Below are positions 47,203 to 52,216 of a stretch of 52,216 bases of DNA, piece after piece. This stretch comes from a virus (Duplodnaviria > Caudoviricetes). A program made the position numbers and the translations under genes. Position 1 is the first letter of the stretch. Each line of letters begins with the position of its first letter. The DNA is taken from positions 1 through 52,216 of the IMG/VR virus record IMGVR_UViG_3300003177_000008. One strand, written 5' to 3'. Below the pieces are notes generated by a model. It did not search any database, had not been told where the DNA came from, and saw only the letters and a program-made list of their open reading frames with translations.

Positions 47203-47699
47203 TATAATGCCTCTTCTCTAACCATTCCATATAGGGATGCATCTTTTTTAATCATATTTTTAACACTTTCTATAAGAATAGCATCATTTGAATCTTCTTT
47301 AAGTTCACTTACCATTTCTTTAAAAGCCTTATCTACTGCAGTAACTTTAATACCCTCATCCTTCATTTCATCTTTAAGCTCTTTAAGCTCTTCTTTTAGG
47401 GCTTTAATTTCCTCATTGATTCTATATCTCTCACTAAGGTATTTTTTTACACTATCCTGAATATCTTCAATATATTCTTCTAAGTACTTATCTGAATCTT
47501 CGGATTTTTTAGCTTTTTTCTTAGTATCTTCTAATGAATACTTATGAACAAATTGAGATATATCATCTATTTCTACAGTATCATTTACAGTATCATCTAC
47601 CTTTATAGCTTCTAGATCTACATTATTTTCTGTAGAATAATCTTCATTTGTATCAGAACTAACTTCATTTAATAGTTCGTCTAGATCTAAATCACTCAT
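47202..47699 (-). CDS. acidic coiled-coil protein, possibly T4 DsbA/GapR-like DNA-binding protein
   Basis: I.EEIK.LKEE..E.KDEG pattern. Confidence 0.45.
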   Translation of the reverse strand: MSDLDLDELLNEVSSDTNEDYSTENNVDLEAIKVDDTVNDTVEIDDISQFVHKYSLEDTKKKAKKSEDSDKYLEEYIEDIQDSVKKYLSERYRINEEIKALKEELKELKDEMKDEGIKVTAVDKAFKEMVSELKEDSNDAILIESVKNMIKKDASLYGMVREEAL

Positions 47700-47700
47700 C

Positions 47701-48153
47701 CTACTCTCCTTTATTTTTTATTAGTATAGATAATTCATTAGAAGATCTAATGAGATCCTCTTCTGTACTAAAATCATAATATACAGCACTAGAAGTTATC
47801 TTATAGGAATCTTTTAAAGTAGCACCTACATTCATATTAAAGATTAATCTAAATTTAGGATTATGTCCTAATCTAATATACTCTTTAATAAATGTTACAT
47901 TATCTAGATTAACATAAATATTAGAGTTATCTGATAGTTCGAAGGTAATAAAACCTTCACTCTTCAGAGTCTCTTTTAATTCTTTTCTTTCTAATGCGTC
48001 AATTTCCACATATGTATAATCTGGAGAAATCATTCCATCTACTATAGATATCTCACTATTATAGTTAAAAATAACTCGATTCGTCTCAAACTTAATACTA
48101 GTTACATTACGTAAATTGATATAATTAGTTCCTACTTCTATAAACTTTCTCAT
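47701..48153 (-). CDS. hypothetical protein with internal duplication
   Basis: YINLRNVTSIK..RVIFN repeated as YVNLDNVTFIK..RLIFN. Confidence 0.65.
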   Translation of the reverse strand: MRKFIEVGTNYINLRNVTSIKFETNRVIFNYNSEISIVDGMISPDYTYVEIDALERKELKETLKSEGFITFELSDNSNIYVNLDNVTFIKEYIRLGHNPKFRLIFNMNVGATLKDSYKITSSAVYYDFSTEEDLIRSSNELSILIKNKGE

Positions 48154-48227
48154 CTCTTCTTTCCTTTTTTTATATATTATATATTTTTTATTTTAAAATA
48201 CACTTAATCTCATGTCATTTTTATCTC

Positions 48228-49475
48228 CTATTTATTCTTAATATTAAAAATTTTATGATGTCTAAGAATTTCAGGCATCTCTCCTGATGTACTTAGCCAA
48301 AGAACAGGTTTTTTAAATTCTCTCCAATTACTATCTGAAGTAATATCTTCGATAAACATATCAGAAATCATAATAAGAACATCACACTTTTCTTTTTTAG
48401 ATTTAATAAATTCCGGACAGGCTCCCATATATGTACCACCATATCCCTTTCTCTTAAATCTTTTAAAATTATTTTTATCAAAAGATTCTACTCTTTTAAT
48501 ATTTGTATCGATCTGAATAATTTTAAGCTCTCCTACATTTTTGATAACTTCATTAATTTCTATTAAACCGTCTAAAACATCACTATCATTCATAGAACCT
48601 GAAGTATCTACACCTACTAACACTATCTGCTTATCTTTCTGTACTTTTTTACCTCTTAGGTCAGCTCTATGTGGAAATCTTCTATTTTTTCTTTTGATAG
48701 TCTCAATTCTAGATCCATTCCTAGAGCTAAGAATTTTTCTTAGCTCCTTTTTCCATGAGATCTTTGCCTTACGCTTAAGTAACTTAAGAATTTGTTCGAT
48801 ATCTCCTGGTGTGTTTCCTCTAGATTGAGAAATAGCTTCCTTCACCATATTCTCAGTAGTAGATTTCATAAGTTCCTCTATACTACTATCACACTCAGAA
48901 TCTTTCCACTCATGAACATCTAATGTCTCATCACCATCTAAATCTGTAAGGTCTGGTTTTTGTTCACCTTGTGAGTTATCTTCAGGTCCATTCCAATCTT
49001 GACCTTGAGATTCTGCCTTATCTTTATCTTTTTGTTGATCTTCTTGTTCTTGCTTTAGTAGTTCATAGTATGTTTCAGCACTTTCATTCTCTGGAAAATC
49101 ATAATCACTAGGATATTGTACACCCTCTGGTAGATTGTCAATTAATTGATTGATTGCAATATCTGCAGCAATATTAAATAATTTATGATCTCTCTCACCT
49201 TTACGAATTAAATGTAGACCTAAAATATGTCTACACTCATGAATAAGAACCGCTATTCTTTCTTCTTGACTGAGTGTATTAAAATAATTACCAATTTTTA
49301 GATTATAATTAATAGAGTCTTTATCGAAATTTACTCCTAAAGTAGGAAATTTAGGATCAAAAATAACATTCATCTTAGCTAAAATAAATCCATAAAAACT
49401 TAATTTCACGTATGTAGGATTGCTAATTAATTTAACAATTGATTCTTGATAATTTTGTTTAATTAAATCTTTCAT
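48228..49475 (-). CDS. DUF2201-type HEXXH metallopeptidase-like plus vWA domain protein
   Basis: LIHECRH, NIAADIAIN, VDTSGS (MIDAS), GYGGT, ISD. Confidence 0.85.
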   Translation of the reverse strand: MKDLIKQNYQESIVKLISNPTYVKLSFYGFILAKMNVIFDPKFPTLGVNFDKDSINYNLKIGNYFNTLSQEERIAVLIHECRHILGLHLIRKGERDHKLFNIAADIAINQLIDNLPEGVQYPSDYDFPENESAETYYELLKQEQEDQQKDKDKAESQGQDWNGPEDNSQGEQKPDLTDLDGDETLDVHEWKDSECDSSIEELMKSTTENMVKEAISQSRGNTPGDIEQILKLLKRKAKISWKKELRKILSSRNGSRIETIKRKNRRFPHRADLRGKKVQKDKQIVLVGVDTSGSMNDSDVLDGLIEINEVIKNVGELKIIQIDTNIKRVESFDKNNFKRFKRKGYGGTYMGACPEFIKSKKEKCDVLIMISDMFIEDITSDSNWREFKKPVLWLSTSGEMPEILRHHKIFNIKNK

Positions 49476-49539
49476 CTTTCTATCCTTCTCTCTTTATATA
49501 ATATATTATAGTATAATATAGATTAAATCTAGATAAAAT

Positions 49540-49788
49540 CTAGATAAAATACTGAGGTAACAACTCTATAACTTGAGTTCTAATAGATTTAATTTCAGGT
49601 AGTATTTTAATAATATTACTATAATATATTGTTTCTGGTTCTGTATACCACTCTCTTAGAGATATCGCGATCTCTGGATTGACCTCTAAACTATCATTAG
49701 AAAGACTTATAATATTACCTACATATAAATCGTGATTTTCAGAATCCTCATATAAAATAAAATCACCAATATTTAAATCATTTTTCAT
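49540..49788 (-). CDS. hypothetical protein ending LPQYFI
   Basis: ORF track. Confidence 0.65.
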   Translation of the reverse strand: MKNDLNIGDFILYEDSENHDLYVGNIISLSNDSLEVNPEIAISLREWYTEPETIYYSNIIKILPEIKSIRTQVIELLPQYFI

Positions 49789-50362
49789 CTAAATCCTGCT
49801 TATCTAAATCCTGCTTGAGAGAAACCTTTCCATTTATAGTAGTCATTCTCTCATCTCCTAAAAGTCGAGTCTCTTCTACTCTTTCAAAATACTCTTTAAT
49901 TTTTTCAAAATCTACTAGTTCAAAATTATGTTTTTCTGGAGACACATCATAATATCTAGGATCATCTAAAATACTTGCGTGAAGGTGTCCATGAATATTA
50001 CCCTTTCGATTTCTTAGCTCTTGAGAATGGATCGGACAATGACTTAACCAATAGCTTTTATAACTTCTAAAGGCAAATACCTCGTCGAAAACTTCTAAAT
50101 ATTTTTCAACATCTAAATAATCATGATTTCCTAAATACAAGACTTTCTTACAATAATTAAGTTCTTTTAATTTATCTAATCCCTCTTCAGTAAAAGCAAT
50201 ATCACCAAGAAAAAATACCGTGTCTCTCTTTTTAATAATTTTATTAAAGTTATCTATAAATGTTTGATCATGTTCATCTATTGAATTAAATTGAGGTCTG
50301 TACCTCAATATATTCCCATGGCCTAAATGCCAGTCTGAGCAAAAGTATGTTTTTGACATCAA
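49778..50362 (-). CDS. calcineurin-like metallophosphoesterase
   Basis: SDWHLGH, LGD, GNHD, HCP, HGHLH. Confidence 0.9.
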   Translation of the reverse strand: MMSKTYFCSDWHLGHGNILRYRPQFNSIDEHDQTFIDNFNKIIKKRDTVFFLGDIAFTEEGLDKLKELNYCKKVLYLGNHDYLDVEKYLEVFDEVFAFRSYKSYWLSHCPIHSQELRNRKGNIHGHLHASILDDPRYYDVSPEKHNFELVDFEKIKEYFERVEETRLLGDERMTTINGKVSLKQDLDKQDLDEK

Positions 50363-50496
50363 AATACCTCCTTATTTACATAGCGACTTAGATTCCATAC
50401 AAAGAAGACTATTAATAAGAAGTATATAGAGACTAATCCTAAAACTATTAAACAAAAAACTAATAATAAATATAGAAATATATTCATATTTTTCTC

Positions 50497-50727
50497 CTAT
50501 ATAAAATATTGAGGATTATTTTTCTCAATATCATTAATTTTTATAAAACTTCTATTATTTAGAGCTACATCGTAGTCCTCTGTATCTGATTTAGCATATA
50601 AATCTCCTATTGTAGGAGTTATATCATAACTTAAAACAGTACCTGTTTTAAATACACCATTCATACACCATAATATTCGATCACCTGGCTTAACAGGTAA
50701 TCCGAAAAAATCTTTTATGTTTTTCAT
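50497..50727 (-). CDS. hypothetical protein (MKNIKDFFG...) ending NPQYFI
   Basis: ATG directly after the AAA ATPase stop. Confidence 0.65.
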   Translation of the reverse strand: MKNIKDFFGLPVKPGDRILWCMNGVFKTGTVLSYDITPTIGDLYAKSDTEDYDVALNNRSFIKINDIEKNNPQYFI

Positions 50728-50728
50728 C

Positions 50729-51826
50729 TTAATTGTTAGCGATCTTAAGAATTTTTCTAAAGATATAGTAATCAGGAACAGTTTCACTCCAGTTAAGGTA
50801 AAAAGATTCAGTATCTGAATCTTCTTTCCAAGTTTTAACAATACTTGTGAATACTTCTACATTTAAACTATCAAGATAAATAGTTAGAATATCATTCCAG
50901 ATTGCATCTTTTTCAGTAAGTTTCTTCATCTTATTAGCAAGCTCTGAAGCAGCTAATGCTTCGATATCTTTTGTAATTTCAGAAACCTTTTTTGCTTCCT
51001 TTTCGAAATAATCTTGATCTTTTTTAAGATTTTCTATATCTATAAGATCTTTAATATCTTCTGGTTTAACAATTTTAACATAGTTGTTATAGAAGTGGAG
51101 GAAGCTATATCCTACAGTTTCTCCTAACTTACTATTAATAATTTCACTAAAAATACCCTTGTTAATTTCAAGAGATTCTACACTTTTAATAATATCTGAA
51201 AGCTTAGCCCAAGATCTTGGTGTAGCACCCTTATCATTTTCATCCTCTGGAATAAAGTGAAGCTTATCCGGAAACTCTGCTATATAATCAGAAATTACAG
51301 GTGAAATATTACAAGCTCTAGCCCAATTTAACCAACCCTGAACATCTACAGTATAGTTTCCGAATCTGTCTAGAAGTGCATCATCAAGTTCATCTGTTTG
51401 ATAGATATCACTTGGATTATCAGCAGCTACTATTAAAGTTTTTAAGTCATTTAGTCTTGGAAGTTCGTGTTCATGAATTCTTCCTTCAAGTACTAATTGT
51501 AATGCACTTTGTCTCACTTCAATTGGAGCTCTTGCGAGTTCATCTAGAAAAAGAACACAGTGTTTACCTTGTCTGTTAGCTTCTAACATTCGTTCTAACC
51601 AAATAGGTCTTGTCCAATAAGTAACTCCATCTTTCATATCTGGAATACCGATAAGATCCGCAACTTCGTTCTGACTTAAGAACAATGTCTCAATATGATA
51701 ATCATTTTCTATAGCGAATTGTTCAACTACCTGAGATTTACCAATACCGTGAAGACCTACCATACGAACTGCATCATTACTCATATGAGCAACTTTAAAA
51801 ACATCTTTCATTAATGAAATTTTCAT
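50729..51826 (-). CDS. MoxR-like AAA+ ATPase
   Basis: GLHGIGKS, LFLDELARA, ADNP, LDDALLDRF, TPRSW. Confidence 0.88.
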   Translation of the reverse strand: MKISLMKDVFKVAHMSNDAVRMVGLHGIGKSQVVEQFAIENDYHIETLFLSQNEVADLIGIPDMKDGVTYWTRPIWLERMLEANRQGKHCVLFLDELARAPIEVRQSALQLVLEGRIHEHELPRLNDLKTLIVAADNPSDIYQTDELDDALLDRFGNYTVDVQGWLNWARACNISPVISDYIAEFPDKLHFIPEDENDKGATPRSWAKLSDIIKSVESLEINKGIFSEIINSKLGETVGYSFLHFYNNYVKIVKPEDIKDLIDIENLKKDQDYFEKEAKKVSEITKDIEALAASELANKMKKLTEKDAIWNDILTIYLDSLNVEVFTSIVKTWKEDSDTESFYLNWSETVPDYYIFRKILKIANN

Positions 51827-51880
51827 TTTCTATCCTTCTTTCTTTTTATATAATATATTATAGTGTATTTTAACTTAAAT

Positions 51881-52216
51881 CTAGATTAATCTGTGAGGAA
51901 ATTTAACTCCTATATATTCATCAAATATATCATCACTTAAATCTGTATGATTTTCTTTCTGAAATGGAAGATGTTCTAGAGAAGTTAATTGATTATTATA
52001 ACAATAGAAATTATCCTTTACAGTCCTTGGAGCACCCTCTAGAGAAGTTAGTTGATTATTATTACAATCAAAACTACCCTCTACAAACTTTGGTGCACCC
52101 TCTAGAGAAGTTAGTTGATTATTATTACAATAAAAACTACCTACAACCTTAGGAGTTCCTTCTAGAGAAGTTAGTTGATTATCGCTACAATCAAAATATC
52201 CACTTACAGTCTTAGA
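51881..52216 (-). CDS. C-terminal part of a leucine-rich-repeat-like protein ending FPHRLI
   Basis: 21-22-aa repeats FxCxxNQLTSLEGxP in an open minus-strand frame. Confidence 0.8.
   Translation of the reverse strand, partial: SKTVSGYFDCSDNQLTSLEGTPKVVGSFYCNNNQLTSLEGAPKFVEGSFDCNNNQLTSLEGAPRTVKDNFYCYNNQLTSLEHLPFQKENHTDLSDDIFDEYIGVKFPHRLI

Noticed and set aside
49780-49816. 15-bp duplication (KQDLD twice) at the end of the phosphoesterase
   Set aside because: Short in-frame slippage in a non-catalytic tail with no sign of function.
51964-52152. Plus-strand repeat ORF, or a CRISPR-like array
   Set aside because: Periods are multiples of 3 and the minus frame encodes an LRR-like protein; there are no unique spacers.

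Overview
AT-rich segment of a large lytic T4-like myovirus. The host is most likely a Campylobacterota (epsilonproteobacterial) bacterium, judged from the tmRNA tag VNNTDYTPAALVA and the TTTAAG..TATAAT early promoters. Left to right the window carries: small early genes; an NAD salvage module (NAD kinase, NMN adenylyltransferase, NadV, Nudix); a minus-strand RNA island with tmRNA, 25 tRNAs covering all 20 amino acids and several unannotated structured RNAs; putative internal head proteins; a split, intein-containing B-family DNA polymerase with a homing endonuclease between its halves; a 7-deazaguanine/nucleotide-metabolism cluster; DNA ligase; class Ia RNR; QueE; a lysis cassette; T4-like head genes; a Cas4-like nuclease; and a MoxR-AAA plus vWA/HEXXH pair. 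The strongest novel candidates are four. (1) A 47-codon, codon-diverse leader ORF with alternative hairpins heads the tRNA operon, a possible pan-tRNA attenuator. (2) A 278-nt CCA-ending tRNA-headed RNA has pseudoknots and a non-Ala acceptor. (3) Eight unrelated proteins share a C-terminal P-x-x-hydrophobic-I tail, several around the AAA/vWA pair. (4) A prfB-like CTT TAA C +1 frameshift site lies inside polymerase motif B. All calls were made by eye from sequence motifs; no searches were run.
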